Virus record (IMG/VR): IMGVR_UViG_3300011230_000030
Coordinates: 4,126-68,125 of that record
Origin: a virus
DNA length: 64,000 nt
Reading direction: 5' to 3' (one strand)
Shown here piece after piece: positions 27,429 to 37,928 of the stretch. Each line of letters opens with the position of its first letter. Positions within the stretch are counted from its first letter, which is position 1. The position numbers were made by a program, and so were the translations under genes. The notes under the pieces are model-generated. The model was not told where the DNA came from. It saw only the letters and a list, made by a program, of their open reading frames with translations, and searched no databases.

Positions 27429-30400
27429 TCGACAACGTGCTGGAAGGCTTCGACGAACTGTCGGACGAGATCGAGAACAACCGGCAGGTGACGCTGCGCA
27501 GTGCCTACACCGGCACCAGCCAGAAGCCGGAAGAAGCCGCGCGCGCGAACCAGCTGTCGGACCAGCTTGGCCAGCCCTTCGGTGTCGTGGCGGCGAACCT
27601 TGCCGACTACGAGCAGGACGCGCGCCGGCAGGAGATCGACGACGCCGGCCGCGCGTCGCCCCACGTGGGCGATTTCCTCAGCGATCCGCGCCGCATGGCG
27701 CTGGCCAGCGATGAGGCCCCGAAGCTGGCCACCTATGCCAACTCGCTGGTCACCGGCGAGGCCCGCGCGACTGCAGAGCCGAGTATCCTGGAGCAGGTCA
27801 TCGGCGGCATCGTCAGCGGATGGCAGCGCGGCAAGGCGAATGCACTGGCACTGCTGCCGGATGGTCCGGCGGTGATGGACCCCGCGACGGGCCGCCTGAC
27901 CACGGATCGCTCGGCCGAGGAAGCGGCACTGCGCGCGGACCTGGAACGCAAGGCGCAGGCTGCGGAGGTGACCAGCGCCAGCACCACCCGTGGTTTCGAG
28001 GCCTTCGACCGCGCGAACAAGGCAGGTAGCTTCAGCGGCGCGGTGCGCGAGCTGGCCGGCGGCGGCACCGACACTCTGGGCGCTATCGCCGTCACCTTGG
28101 GGCAGTCGATCGGCATGGGTGCCCCGGGCCTGGCGCTGACGGCAGCCACCGGCGGCGGTAGCCGCGTGGTGACCGCTGCCTCGGCCGGTACCGGTTCGGG
28201 CCTGACCGAGTTTGGCGCCAGCATCGCCGATGCAATGCAGGACGCGAAGGTCGACCCGACCGATGCCTACGCAGTGGGCCAATTCCTGCGTGATCCACAG
28301 AAGATGGCCGCGGCACGCGACAAGGCGGCCAAGCGGGGCTTGGCCATCGGCGCGTTCGACGCGTTGACCGCCGGCGTGGCTGGCCATTTCATCAACAACG
28401 CCCGACGCAGCGCGTCCTCGGCGATCCTGCGCACCGGTGCCGAGGCTGGCGTGCAGCTGGGCGGCGGCGCGGCCGGCGAGGCCACGGCGCAGCTGCTGAC
28501 CGAGGAACGCCTGAAGTGGGGCGACATCATCATGGAGGGCTTGGCCGAGGTCCCCACCGGTGCGGTCGAGGTGCATGCCAACTACCGCGCTGCGCGCGCG
28601 TCCGGGCGGGTGCGGTGGATCAACGAGCGCCTGGACCAGGTGATGCAGTCGGGGCAGAGCAACGACCGGCTGCGCGCTGCCACCGAGCTTGCCGGCGAGC
28701 TGAAACTGGGTGAACGCTCGCCGGAGGACATGAAGGCGCTGACGGCGCAGGTGGCCGGCGAGGACGCGCGCGTGTATCTGGACGCTGACCAGGCTCAGAC
28801 GCTGTTCCAGTCCGCACCGCAGGTGCTGCAGGACATGGTTGGCGGCGAGTCGGCGCTGGCCGAGCAGCTGGCGACGGGTCAGGTCGTGATCCCAATGGCC
28901 GAGTGGATGGCTGCTGTCCCGCGGCTGCCGAACCGCGACGAGATCCTGCGCAACGCTCGAACCACCGCAGACGGGCTGTCGCCGGCGGAGCTGGAAACGC
29001 TCGACATCGACGCCATGGCTCGCGAGCTGGGAGTGCCGCTGGACGCGCCGGCCCCGGATGCTACGGCTGCGAATGCCCGCGCGCAGGTGCAGCAGTCGGT
29101 CATGGCGCAGCTGGTTGGAACCGAGCGCTACACCCCGGCCCAAGCCGAGAGCCAGGCACAGTTGTGGGGCGCGATGTTCGGCCGCCTGGGCGAGGTCACG
29201 GGGCAGGATCCGGTGGCGCTGTACGAACGCTATGCCGCCGGCATCGAGGTAGCCGAGGCGCCGGCAGAGGGCGGCGAGAACCAGCCGCGCACGCTGATGC
29301 AGCGGGGTATGGACGCACTGCGCAGCCTGTTCGGCCGGCCGCAGGTGGCCACCGATGGCCGCGGCCAGCAGACCATCGAGCGTGACGGCAGCGCCTATGT
29401 GCAGCGCGCCGGGCAGTGGCTGCTGGCGGACGAACAGGGGCAGGCGCGCGATTTCCTGACGCTGGACCAGGCCCGCACCGAAGCCGAACGCACCGGCGGC
29501 GAGATCGTGCAAGACGATCCGATTGATGGTCAGCGGCAGACCTGGAGCGTGGCGCTGCCGGATACCGCTGCGCGCGAGGTGCTGGCTGGAGACATCCTGT
29601 TCCAGCCGACCCGCACTGACGAAGTGCCCACCGGCCTTGCCCCCGACACGCCGGTGCCGGTGATCGAACTGGAGCCCACCACCGGCAACCCGGCCGAGTG
29701 GTTCACCGAGTCGAACGAGCTGATGCGCACGCAGCAGGACGGCACCGAGGTCACCGCACCGGATGGGCAGCCCGTGCGCTTCGCATCCCGCGGCCGGAAG
29801 AAGGTCATGTCCAAGGGCCGCCGCGACCCGCTGCGCCAGGCGGTCGCACGGGAGCTGCCGGCGCTGGTGGAGTCGGCCCCGATCCACGCCACCTCGATCG
29901 ATACGGACGACAAGACGGTTTCCTACGCCTACGCGGCATCGGCGGTGCAATACGACGGCCAGGTCTACCCGGTTCGCCTGGTCTACAGGGTGGGTAACGA
30001 CGGCGTCCGCCGCGCCTACGATTTCGAGGGCTTTGAAATAGGAAACCCCGACGGCCTCGGCAGCGAAGCGCTGCGCCAATCGGGGTCTGACGTCGGTGCC
30101 ATGGAGCGGGCCGGCACGGCCGAGTCCGAGTTGCGTACCCGCGGTCTGCCGACGTCGGGGCTGACGCTATCAGAGGTCCTGCCGGCTTTCAACGCCCGGC
30201 CGTTCTTCCAGTCGTCTGAGGCGGCCCCCCGGGGGCAGATTCAGATTGGCCAGGGCCGGTCGATGCAGATCAGCCTGTTCAGGGGGGCGGACCTGTCCAC
30301 CTTCCTGCACGAATCGGGGCACTTCTTCCTGGAGGTCTACCGCGACTTGGCCACGGCAGAGGACGCTGCCCCCCAGCTGCGCTCCGACCTGGACGCATTG

Positions 30401-33400
30401 CTGAAATGGTTCGGTGTCGAGTCGGCGGACCAGATCGGCGTCGATCAGCACGAACAGTTCGCCCGGGGCTTCGAGGCCTACCTTGGCGAGGGCAGGGCGC
30501 CGACGCCTGAGCTGCAGTCCGTTTTCAGCCAGTTCAAGCAGTGGATCCTCGGCGTCTACCGCAGCCTGCGGAATCTGGACGTGGAGCTGACCGACGAAGT
30601 GCGCGGCGTGTTCGACCGCATGCTGGCCAGCCAGGAAGAGATCGATGCGGCGCAGGCCCGGGTCGGCTTCGAGCCCATCGCGCGCGACCTGGCCGAAGCG
30701 CAGGCGCTGGGCATGACCGAGCGGCAGTTCGCGGACTATCAGGCGCAGGTGGCCGCCGCGCGCGAGCAGGCTGAGGCTGACCTGATGGCGCAGCTGCAGG
30801 AAGCCGATGCACGCGCCCGGGAGCGCTGGTGGAAGGACGAGCTGGCCAACATCCGCAGCGAGGTAGAGGCGGAGGTCGAGGCCACGCCGATCGTGCGCGC
30901 CTACCGCGTGCTGACCGGGCGCAAGGAAGCCGCCGGCGAGCCCGTGCCGGAGCAGCTGCAGGGCCTGAAGCTGGACCGCGCGGTGCTGGCGGCGACCTAC
31001 GGCGATGGCCTGCTGGGCAAGATGGGCCGGGTCTACGCGCGCAAGGGCGGAACCCATCCCGAAGAGGTGGCAGCCATGCTGGGCTTCACATCCGCCGACG
31101 AGCTGGTGCAGGGCCTGTGGACGGTACGGCAGACCCTGGCCGGCGTGAACGCGGAGGCCGATGCGCGGATGCAGGCGCGCCACGGCGACCCGATGACCGA
31201 CGGAACGCTGCCGCAGCGGGCCCTGGATGCGGTTCACGGCAGCCGCAAGATCCAGCTGCTGGAGCGGGAGCTGGGTGTACTGGCAGACCTGGCCAAGGAG
31301 CCCCGGCCGAACCGGCGCGAGCTGAAGGCCGTTGCGCAGGCGCTCCTGGCTGAGAAGACCGCGCGCCAGATCCGACCGAACGAATACCTGGTAGCCGAGC
31401 GAAAGGCTGCCCGCGCGGCGGCGCAGGCGGCGGCCAAGGGGAAGTTTGCCGATGCCCTGCAGGCGAAGCGGCAGCAGGCCCTGAACGCCGTTCTGTTCGC
31501 CGAAGCCCGCGCTGTGCAGCAGGAGGTCGAGTCGAAGGTTGGCTACATCCGCCGGCAGATGACCCCGCAGGCCCGCGAGCGGCTGGGCAAGGCGGGCGCC
31601 GACTACCTGGAAGCGATGGACACCATCGCCGACACCTACGAGTTCCGCGACGTGTCCGGCCGGGCCGTTGCGCGCCGCCAGAGCCTGCGGCAGTGGGTGG
31701 AAGCCCGCCAGGCCGAGGACGACCTGACCGCCGTAAGCGATGCGCTGCTGGCCCGGGTCGAAGCGGAAAGCGTGACGAACTATGCCGATTTGCCGATTAC
31801 CGAGTTCCGCGAGCTGCACGACGCGGTGACCAACATCGCGCGGCTGGCCAAGCTGAAGAACAAGCTGCTGAGCAACAAGGACCAGCGCGACTGGGAGAGC
31901 GCGCAGGCGGAGCTGGCCGGCGCCATCCGCGGTGCGATCGCCGAAGGTAGGCCGCTGCCGCTCTCGGATGCGGACCTGACGGCGATGCAGAAGGTGGGCG
32001 CGACCTACACCGGCCTGATGGACTGGGTGCTGCGGCCGGAGACGGTGGTCGAGTGGTTGGACGGCGGCGAGACCGGGCCGTGGCACGACTTCCTCTGGAA
32101 CCAAGCCGAGGCAGCGCAGCAGCAGCGGATTGAGTTGCGCAACCGCGTCGGCGGCATGCTGGAGCAGACCATGAAGGCCCTGACCCCGGCGCAGCGGGCG
32201 GACCTGAACCGACTGGTGTACGTGCCGAGCCTGGGGCGCTCGCTGTCGAAAAACACGATCGTGGCCGTGGCCCTGAACATGGGCAACGCTGGCAATCGCG
32301 ACAAGCTGATGCGCGGCGGATTCATCGGCAAGAACGCCGAAGTGGTTCAGTTCACCCCGCAGAACATCGCGGAAATGCTGAGTCACCTCACGCCGGCGGA
32401 CGCACAGATGGTGCAGGGCATCTGGGATGCGGTGAACAGCCTGTGGCCGGACATCGTGGAGCAGCAGCGCCGACTGTCGGGTGTCGCGCCTGAGCAGGTC
32501 GAGCCGATGCCGCTGATCTTCACCGCGGCCGATGGCTCGACAGTCAGCCTGCGCGGCGGGTACTACCCGGCGGTGTACGACCCGCGGGCAGGCGCCGGCG
32601 GCGTCAAGCAGGCGCGCGCGGCCGAGGAACAGATCATGGGCGGCACCTTCAGCCGCGCCATGACGAGTAAGGGGCACACGAAGGAGCGCACCGGGTATGC
32701 AGCGCCGATGCTGTTGGACTACCACCGTGTGCTGTCGCGCCACCTCAATGACGTGATCACCGACGTCTCCCACCGCGGCTACGTGAAGCAGGCGCTGCGG
32801 GTGCTGGAAGACCAGGAGCTGAAGAACCTGATCCAGCAGCGGCTGTCGGAGGGCGCCTATCACGCGCTCTACGGGAGCGTGAAGAACGCGGTGCGCGGCG
32901 CATCGGTGTCGGAACCCGGCTCCAGCATGGCCGAGAAGATCGGCGACGCCGTCCTGACGAACACTGCAGTGGCCGCACTGGGCTTCCGCCTGCCGCTGGT
33001 GTTCGCCAACACCGTGGTGGCGCCGATCCAGGCGGCGGCGCGCGTTGATCCGAAGTACCTGGCCACCGGTTACGCGGCGTACTACCGCAACCCCGGCAAG
33101 ATGACCGAGATGATTCACTCGCTGTCGCCCTTTATGGAGGAACGCGCCAACTCGCTGGATTCGTCCTACCAGGTGGTGCTGGGCAAGCTGTCGGGGAAAC
33201 GCGGCATCCGCGCGGCGGCCATGAAGATGGCCATGGAGGTCCACCGCTGGACCGTTCCGCTCGCCGAGCGCGCCATCTGGCTGGGCCGCTACCAGCAGGC
33301 CCAGGCGCAGGGCGTCAGCATCGAAGAGGCGGTGCGCTTGGCCGACAAGTCGATCCGAACCACCCAGCAAGCCGGCGCGCCGAAGGACCTCAGCGCTGCC

Positions 33401-34027
33401 GAGCGTGACCCACGCTACAAGTGGGTGCGCATGTTCATCGGCCCGATGATCATCATGAACAACCGCCTGCAGGAATCGGGCCTGCGTGGCTTGTACCTGG
33501 GGCGCGTGCAGTCCCCGGCCCGGGCGCTGGGCACCTGGCTGTCGGCCGGCGTGCTGTCCAACGCGGTGTTCGAGCTGCTGATGATGCGCGGTCCGGATGG
33601 TGGCGACGACGACGAGAAGGGCTGGGATGACTGGAGCGCCTGGCTCGCGCGCAAGACCCTGCTGTTCCCGTTCCAGACGATCCCGTTGTTGCGCGATGTC
33701 GCCGGAGGCATCGATGCGGCGATCGAGGGCAAGCCGAGCATGGGCCGCCCGAATCCGATCGTTGATGCCGGCGTGGCGCTGGCGAAGTTCGGTCACGCCG
33801 TGTGGAAGGAGGGCCGTGACTGGATCGCCGACGATGACGAGCCCGACGCGGAAAAGCTGATCAAGACCGGCGTGCGCGCTGCCGGCCCGCTGACCGGCAT
33901 CCCCAGCAATCAGATGCTGACCACCGGCGAATACCTCTACGACGTCGGTACCGGCCAGTACACCCCGGACAACCCAGCGGAGGCGGCCGCATACCTCATG
34001 TACCGCCGACCCAAGGACGAGCAGTAA
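27425..34027 (+). CDS. Large ejection / polyvalent protein (2200 aa)
   Basis: Size and position; ADLSTFLHESGHFFL zincin-like motif, HEQFARGFE.YL.EG; LPD3-like insert; GGYYP..YD. Confidence 0.85.
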   Translation: MIDNVLEGFDELSDEIENNRQVTLRSAYTGTSQKPEEAARANQLSDQLGQPFGVVAANLADYEQDARRQEIDDAGRASPHVGDFLSDPRRMALASDEAPKLATYANSLVTGEARATAEPSILEQVIGGIVSGWQRGKANALALLPDGPAVMDPATGRLTTDRSAEEAALRADLERKAQAAEVTSASTTRGFEAFDRANKAGSFSGAVRELAGGGTDTLGAIAVTLGQSIGMGAPGLALTAATGGGSRVVTAASAGTGSGLTEFGASIADAMQDAKVDPTDAYAVGQFLRDPQKMAAARDKAAKRGLAIGAFDALTAGVAGHFINNARRSASSAILRTGAEAGVQLGGGAAGEATAQLLTEERLKWGDIIMEGLAEVPTGAVEVHANYRAARASGRVRWINERLDQVMQSGQSNDRLRAATELAGELKLGERSPEDMKALTAQVAGEDARVYLDADQAQTLFQSAPQVLQDMVGGESALAEQLATGQVVIPMAEWMAAVPRLPNRDEILRNARTTADGLSPAELETLDIDAMARELGVPLDAPAPDATAANARAQVQQSVMAQLVGTERYTPAQAESQAQLWGAMFGRLGEVTGQDPVALYERYAAGIEVAEAPAEGGENQPRTLMQRGMDALRSLFGRPQVATDGRGQQTIERDGSAYVQRAGQWLLADEQGQARDFLTLDQARTEAERTGGEIVQDDPIDGQRQTWSVALPDTAAREVLAGDILFQPTRTDEVPTGLAPDTPVPVIELEPTTGNPAEWFTESNELMRTQQDGTEVTAPDGQPVRFASRGRKKVMSKGRRDPLRQAVARELPALVESAPIHATSIDTDDKTVSYAYAASAVQYDGQVYPVRLVYRVGNDGVRRAYDFEGFEIGNPDGLGSEALRQSGSDVGAMERAGTAESELRTRGLPTSGLTLSEVLPAFNARPFFQSSEAAPRGQIQIGQGRSMQISLFRGADLSTFLHESGHFFLEVYRDLATAEDAAPQLRSDLDALLKWFGVESADQIGVDQHEQFARGFEAYLGEGRAPTPELQSVFSQFKQWILGVYRSLRNLDVELTDEVRGVFDRMLASQEEIDAAQARVGFEPIARDLAEAQALGMTERQFADYQAQVAAAREQAEADLMAQLQEADARARERWWKDELANIRSEVEAEVEATPIVRAYRVLTGRKEAAGEPVPEQLQGLKLDRAVLAATYGDGLLGKMGRVYARKGGTHPEEVAAMLGFTSADELVQGLWTVRQTLAGVNAEADARMQARHGDPMTDGTLPQRALDAVHGSRKIQLLERELGVLADLAKEPRPNRRELKAVAQALLAEKTARQIRPNEYLVAERKAARAAAQAAAKGKFADALQAKRQQALNAVLFAEARAVQQEVESKVGYIRRQMTPQARERLGKAGADYLEAMDTIADTYEFRDVSGRAVARRQSLRQWVEARQAEDDLTAVSDALLARVEAESVTNYADLPITEFRELHDAVTNIARLAKLKNKLLSNKDQRDWESAQAELAGAIRGAIAEGRPLPLSDADLTAMQKVGATYTGLMDWVLRPETVVEWLDGGETGPWHDFLWNQAEAAQQQRIELRNRVGGMLEQTMKALTPAQRADLNRLVYVPSLGRSLSKNTIVAVALNMGNAGNRDKLMRGGFIGKNAEVVQFTPQNIAEMLSHLTPADAQMVQGIWDAVNSLWPDIVEQQRRLSGVAPEQVEPMPLIFTAADGSTVSLRGGYYPAVYDPRAGAGGVKQARAAEEQIMGGTFSRAMTSKGHTKERTGYAAPMLLDYHRVLSRHLNDVITDVSHRGYVKQALRVLEDQELKNLIQQRLSEGAYHALYGSVKNAVRGASVSEPGSSMAEKIGDAVLTNTAVAALGFRLPLVFANTVVAPIQAAARVDPKYLATGYAAYYRNPGKMTEMIHSLSPFMEERANSLDSSYQVVLGKLSGKRGIRAAAMKMAMEVHRWTVPLAERAIWLGRYQQAQAQGVSIEEAVRLADKSIRTTQQAGAPKDLSAAERDPRYKWVRMFIGPMIIMNNRLQESGLRGLYLGRVQSPARALGTWLSAGVLSNAVFELLMMRGPDGGDDDEKGWDDWSAWLARKTLLFPFQTIPLLRDVAGGIDAAIEGKPSMGRPNPIVDAGVALAKFGHAVWKEGRDWIADDDEPDAEKLIKTGVRAAGPLTGIPSNQMLTTGEYLYDVGTGQYTPDNPAEAAAYLMYRRPKDEQ

Positions 34028-34039
34028 TCGACCACGCCC

Positions 34040-34068
34040 AGCCCCGCAGAAGTGGGGCTTCTTATTTC
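34040..34068 (+). terminator. Terminator-like hairpin
   Basis: AGCCCCGC-AGAA-GTGGGGCT then TCTTATTT. Confidence 0.6.
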
Positions 34069-34084
34069 TGGAGCCGATGCACCC

Positions 34085-35614
34085 ATGACCATCTCCGCCA
34101 ACGACCGCCGCAAGACCTACGTGGGCAACGGCGTCGCTACCGCGTTCCCCGGGCCGCGCGCATTCCTGGCCTCGCATATCCAGGTGTTCACCGGCACGCA
34201 TCCGGTCTACACCCTGGTGCCGCCTTCGCAGTACACCGTGACCGGACTGCGGGCAAATACCAGCACGGTCACCTTCAACGCCGCGCCTGCATTGAATCGC
34301 GACGTCCTGATCCTGCGCACTGTTCCGCTGGATCAGCCGGCCGACATCACCAACCAGGGCGCGTTCCTGCCGGAAATCCATGAGGACGCATTCGACTACC
34401 GCGTGATGCAGCTGCAGCAGCTGCTCGACAGCGGCATGCAGCTGGTACAGGATCCCGACAGCGGCGAGTTCGTGTGGGACGCCAAGGGCAGCCGCATCAT
34501 CAGGGTGGGCGATGCTAAGGGCGATGCCGATGCGGTGAACTTCCGCACCGTCCTGGTGCTGATCGAGCAGATCCAGAATGGCGGCGGATCAGTCGGCATT
34601 GCACCGAAGTTCTGGACCTTCGAAGGCGACGGAGAGGTGACCGACTTCCCGCTGCCGGGCGCCGACGTGTTCGATGCCCTGTTCTTCGACACCGCGCTGG
34701 AAGGCACGGCCGGCATTGGCGACTACCTGGTATCCAAACCAGGAGACTTCCAGATCCTGGAAGGGGTTGCCGGCGCCAGCCCTGTGATTCGGTTCTCTGT
34801 AGCACCAGGCGATGGGGTGCGGGGCTTCACCACCCTGCGCGGCTATGCCCGTCCATGGATCGGACAGCCTCCGATCTACACCGTGGCGCCGCGCATCGTG
34901 AGCGTCACCGGCAACACTACCCTGGCCGGTGACATGCACAACACCCTGATCCTGGCCAGCTCGGCCACGCCGATCACCTTGACCATCCGCGCCAACACTG
35001 GTGGGAACGTGGATTGGAAGGCCGGCCAGTTCTTCTCAGTGATGCAGATTGGGGCAGGGCAGGTCACGCTGACCATCGAGGGCGGCGGTGGGCAATTCAA
35101 CGTGCCGGCCGGCTTCGAGTCGAAGACCCGGGCGCAACGCAGCATCATCAGTGCCACGAACATCGCCCCGGACGCCGATGCCTGGGTGGCTGCTGGCGAC
35201 CTGCTGCGGGTGACGTCGGTACCGGACCTGCAGTGCTTCGAACTGATCGACCGCACGGTCCTGCTGGCGACCAACATTGCCACCGGCAATGGCAAGGACA
35301 GCTTGGTCTTGCCCTATGGCCTCCTGTTGGACACGGTAGCCAACGGGGGCATCTACGCCACCCTGTCCACCGCGCAGGCCTCCGGCAAGCCGCTGACGAT
35401 CGACGTCAACCGCAACGGCACCAGCATCCTGTCCACGAAGATGAACTTTGACAACAACGAGCGCAGTACCACCACCGCGGCGACTCCGCCGGTGCTGGTG
35501 GCCGGCGGCGAGGTGTTGGCCAAGGGTGACGAAATCACCATCGACGTGGACCAGGTGGGCACGGCCGGAGCCCGGGGCCTGCGGGTGTACCTGGTTGGCC
35601 AGAGGGCAGGCTGA
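34085..35614 (+). CDS. Tail fibre protein (T7 gp17-like N-terminus)
   Basis: Y.GNG..T.F, R.VP..Q......QG.F.PE.HE.AFD...M..QQ; DAVN. Confidence 0.85.
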   Translation: MTISANDRRKTYVGNGVATAFPGPRAFLASHIQVFTGTHPVYTLVPPSQYTVTGLRANTSTVTFNAAPALNRDVLILRTVPLDQPADITNQGAFLPEIHEDAFDYRVMQLQQLLDSGMQLVQDPDSGEFVWDAKGSRIIRVGDAKGDADAVNFRTVLVLIEQIQNGGGSVGIAPKFWTFEGDGEVTDFPLPGADVFDALFFDTALEGTAGIGDYLVSKPGDFQILEGVAGASPVIRFSVAPGDGVRGFTTLRGYARPWIGQPPIYTVAPRIVSVTGNTTLAGDMHNTLILASSATPITLTIRANTGGNVDWKAGQFFSVMQIGAGQVTLTIEGGGGQFNVPAGFESKTRAQRSIISATNIAPDADAWVAAGDLLRVTSVPDLQCFELIDRTVLLATNIATGNGKDSLVLPYGLLLDTVANGGIYATLSTAQASGKPLTIDVNRNGTSILSTKMNFDNNERSTTTAATPPVLVAGGEVLAKGDEITIDVDQVGTAGARGLRVYLVGQRAG

Positions 35615-35615
35615 C

Positions 35616-37319
35616 ATGAGCGCTCGTATCTATGACCGTCCTGATCTGGACCAGCGCGCCGCACGGCTGGGCCTCTACGTGACGGGAGTCCTGCCCGACG
35701 CCCAACTGGCCATGGCCTACGAAGGGCGCCTTTTGATCCACAACGGGATCGGAGGCCTGTCAGTTGAGCAGATCGATGGAGACACGTTGCCAAACGGCTA
35801 CAGCCTATATATCGAAGGGAACGAGATCGTTGTGGCGTGGCCGCCTTACAGCGAGACGGAGACCATCATTCCAAACCCTGGTTTCGAGGAGGGGGACGTC
35901 GGCTGGGTGAAGGGGCCAGGCTGGACCATTGGAACTGAGAACCCGATCACTGGCGCACGATCAGCCCGCTATGGGGAAAATCCTGGAATCTCACCGATCA
36001 ACAACGGTGCCAGGTATCCCATCAATCGTGGCCGGGCAATCACCGCAAGCTGTAACGTCCGGCAGGGAGCCAGCGCAGAAGGGAACGCAGGCGCGCGGGT
36101 AAAGCTGGTATGGCTTGCCGCTGATGGCGGCGTGGTAGCTGAGTCCCTTGGAAACGCCGTCATGTCGGCGTCGAAGAACCGGGTGTACCCGTCTACGGTG
36201 GTTGCAGAGCCCCCGGCGGATGCCGAGTTGGTGATGATTGCCGCGGACGGTATCCGCTACAGGGAGAACAAAGCCCTTTTTGTCGACGACTTCGCCTGGG
36301 ACCATGTTTCTACTACCGGCACCAACACCCGGCGAACCTACCAGCTGACGTTGCGGGTGCGTGATTCTGCTGCGAGGTCGTACATCTGGAGAGGGAGCGT
36401 ATCCGTCGCCAGGCTCCATCCAGTGTGGGCATCTGCTCCTGTCGACCCGAGCAACTCTGGAACCATTTTCAAGAGTGTCGACGGCGTCACCTGGCCTTCG
36501 GGGAGTTATGTCACTGCGGCACCGGCGGGCAAGCTGGCGGGGGTGATCTTCGCTGGGGGGAATAGGCTGTTCGCCTTGGACGATGATTCTGTGCGGCGCG
36601 TGTCGTCGGACGAAGGAGAAACCTTCACGGACGTCCTGGGCATTCCTCCTGGCCGCCCCAGGTCCATGTGCTTTACCGGCGAGGCCTGGATAGTGTTCCC
36701 ATACGTGGACTTTGATGGGGTGTATGGGAACTGCTGGCGTTCCATCGATGGCAGCAACTTCTCCATGGTGAATCTCGGGTTCATCAACTATATGGGCGGG
36801 TGCATTGCAAGGGGGGGGACGGTCCTGATCGGCCGACGTGGTTCAGGCCTTGGCCTGTCTACTGACCATGGCCAGACCTTCCAGAACTTCACCCTTCCGC
36901 CGGGCTTTGAGGGGGAGTATTTCGCCGACAGTGGGGCGCTGTTTGCGGGTTGCGGTAGTGGCAACGTCAGTTCCGTATTCCTCTCTCCAGACGCGTCGAA
37001 CGGTTCTTGGACTGCGTCCGCCCTGCCCAGCACCGTTTCACCCCGGGGAATCGCTTACGGTAATGGTCGCTTTGTTCTGATTGATCGGGACGGTGTTGCC
37101 TATGTGCGTCCGGATTCCACAGGGGCGTGGGTGCAGGGAGGTACTGCGGGTCCAATCGACAACACTGCCACCCCGTACACCAATCTCCTGATCTTCGCGC
37201 AAGACGTGTTTGTCGCGGCGGGGTCAGACGGAAAGGTCTACACATCCCCGGACGGGATGACCTGGGCCCAATCGACAATCTCGACACTTCCAGTCAGCAG
37301 TCTGGCCTGGCAGAGGTAG
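35616..37319 (+). CDS. Tail/receptor-binding protein (carbohydrate-binding-like module plus Asp-box propeller)
   Basis: NPGFEEG..GW; repeated S.DG..W/F Asp-box motifs. Confidence 0.7.
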   Translation: MSARIYDRPDLDQRAARLGLYVTGVLPDAQLAMAYEGRLLIHNGIGGLSVEQIDGDTLPNGYSLYIEGNEIVVAWPPYSETETIIPNPGFEEGDVGWVKGPGWTIGTENPITGARSARYGENPGISPINNGARYPINRGRAITASCNVRQGASAEGNAGARVKLVWLAADGGVVAESLGNAVMSASKNRVYPSTVVAEPPADAELVMIAADGIRYRENKALFVDDFAWDHVSTTGTNTRRTYQLTLRVRDSAARSYIWRGSVSVARLHPVWASAPVDPSNSGTIFKSVDGVTWPSGSYVTAAPAGKLAGVIFAGGNRLFALDDDSVRRVSSDEGETFTDVLGIPPGRPRSMCFTGEAWIVFPYVDFDGVYGNCWRSIDGSNFSMVNLGFINYMGGCIARGGTVLIGRRGSGLGLSTDHGQTFQNFTLPPGFEGEYFADSGALFAGCGSGNVSSVFLSPDASNGSWTASALPSTVSPRGIAYGNGRFVLIDRDGVAYVRPDSTGAWVQGGTAGPIDNTATPYTNLLIFAQDVFVAAGSDGKVYTSPDGMTWAQSTISTLPVSSLAWQR

Positions 37320-37421
37320 TAGACGGGGTGGGAAGGGTCCGGCTCGGCTCTGCCCGAACGGTTCAGGTAGGTGGCCGGCCCGTTCGCAGGATCTGCGACG
37401 GCCGGCCGTATCCTTCCGGCC

Positions 37422-37925
37422 ATGCGTTCTTCCCACGGCTTCCGCACCGCCCCGATCCCCTCTGGCTGGGTCCAGACCGGTGAGCGCTGGGCGCTTTGGT
37501 ACAACGGCCGGGAGACGGCCGGCGTCGAACCCGATGGCGGGCCTGGGGTGCGCCTATGGCTGGAAGGCCACAAGTTTTGGGAAGTGAAGGAAGTCCGCGC
37601 GGCCAACGTCCGGCAGGCGAAGCGGTACGCTGAGCGCTGGTGTGCGGCCAGGCTCTATCCCGATCTGCCCCTGCGCCGGGCAGTCGCCCGGCTGACCGAC
37701 AGCACCCCGACCCAGCCGCCACCGCCACTGCCCGGCCTGCCGCCGACCCGCGAGCAGCAGCAACAGGCCCGGCGTCTGGCCGAGGCCGGGGCGAAGGAAA
37801 TCGAGCGGATCAAGGCGGCGCTCGAACCGCGCAAGCCGCCGGCAGAGACGAAACCGCGAGCGAGGGACGTCCGCACCAAGGCGTGGGTGAGGGCAGGGCT
37901 GCAGCAGATGCGGAGGGGCGTGTAG
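37422..37925 (+). CDS. Hypothetical protein
   Basis: ATG 7 nt after TATCCT; converges on the integrase. Confidence 0.6.
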   Translation: MRSSHGFRTAPIPSGWVQTGERWALWYNGRETAGVEPDGGPGVRLWLEGHKFWEVKEVRAANVRQAKRYAERWCAARLYPDLPLRRAVARLTDSTPTQPPPPLPGLPPTREQQQQARRLAEAGAKEIERIKAALEPRKPPAETKPRARDVRTKAWVRAGLQQMRRGV

Positions 37926-37928
37926 GCG

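Noticed and set aside
15473-34381. Very long minus-strand ORFs (15473-18130, 27278-30079, 30170-34381)
   Set aside because: Shadow frames opposite portal and ejection genes, expected in high-GC DNA; no RBS or domain motifs
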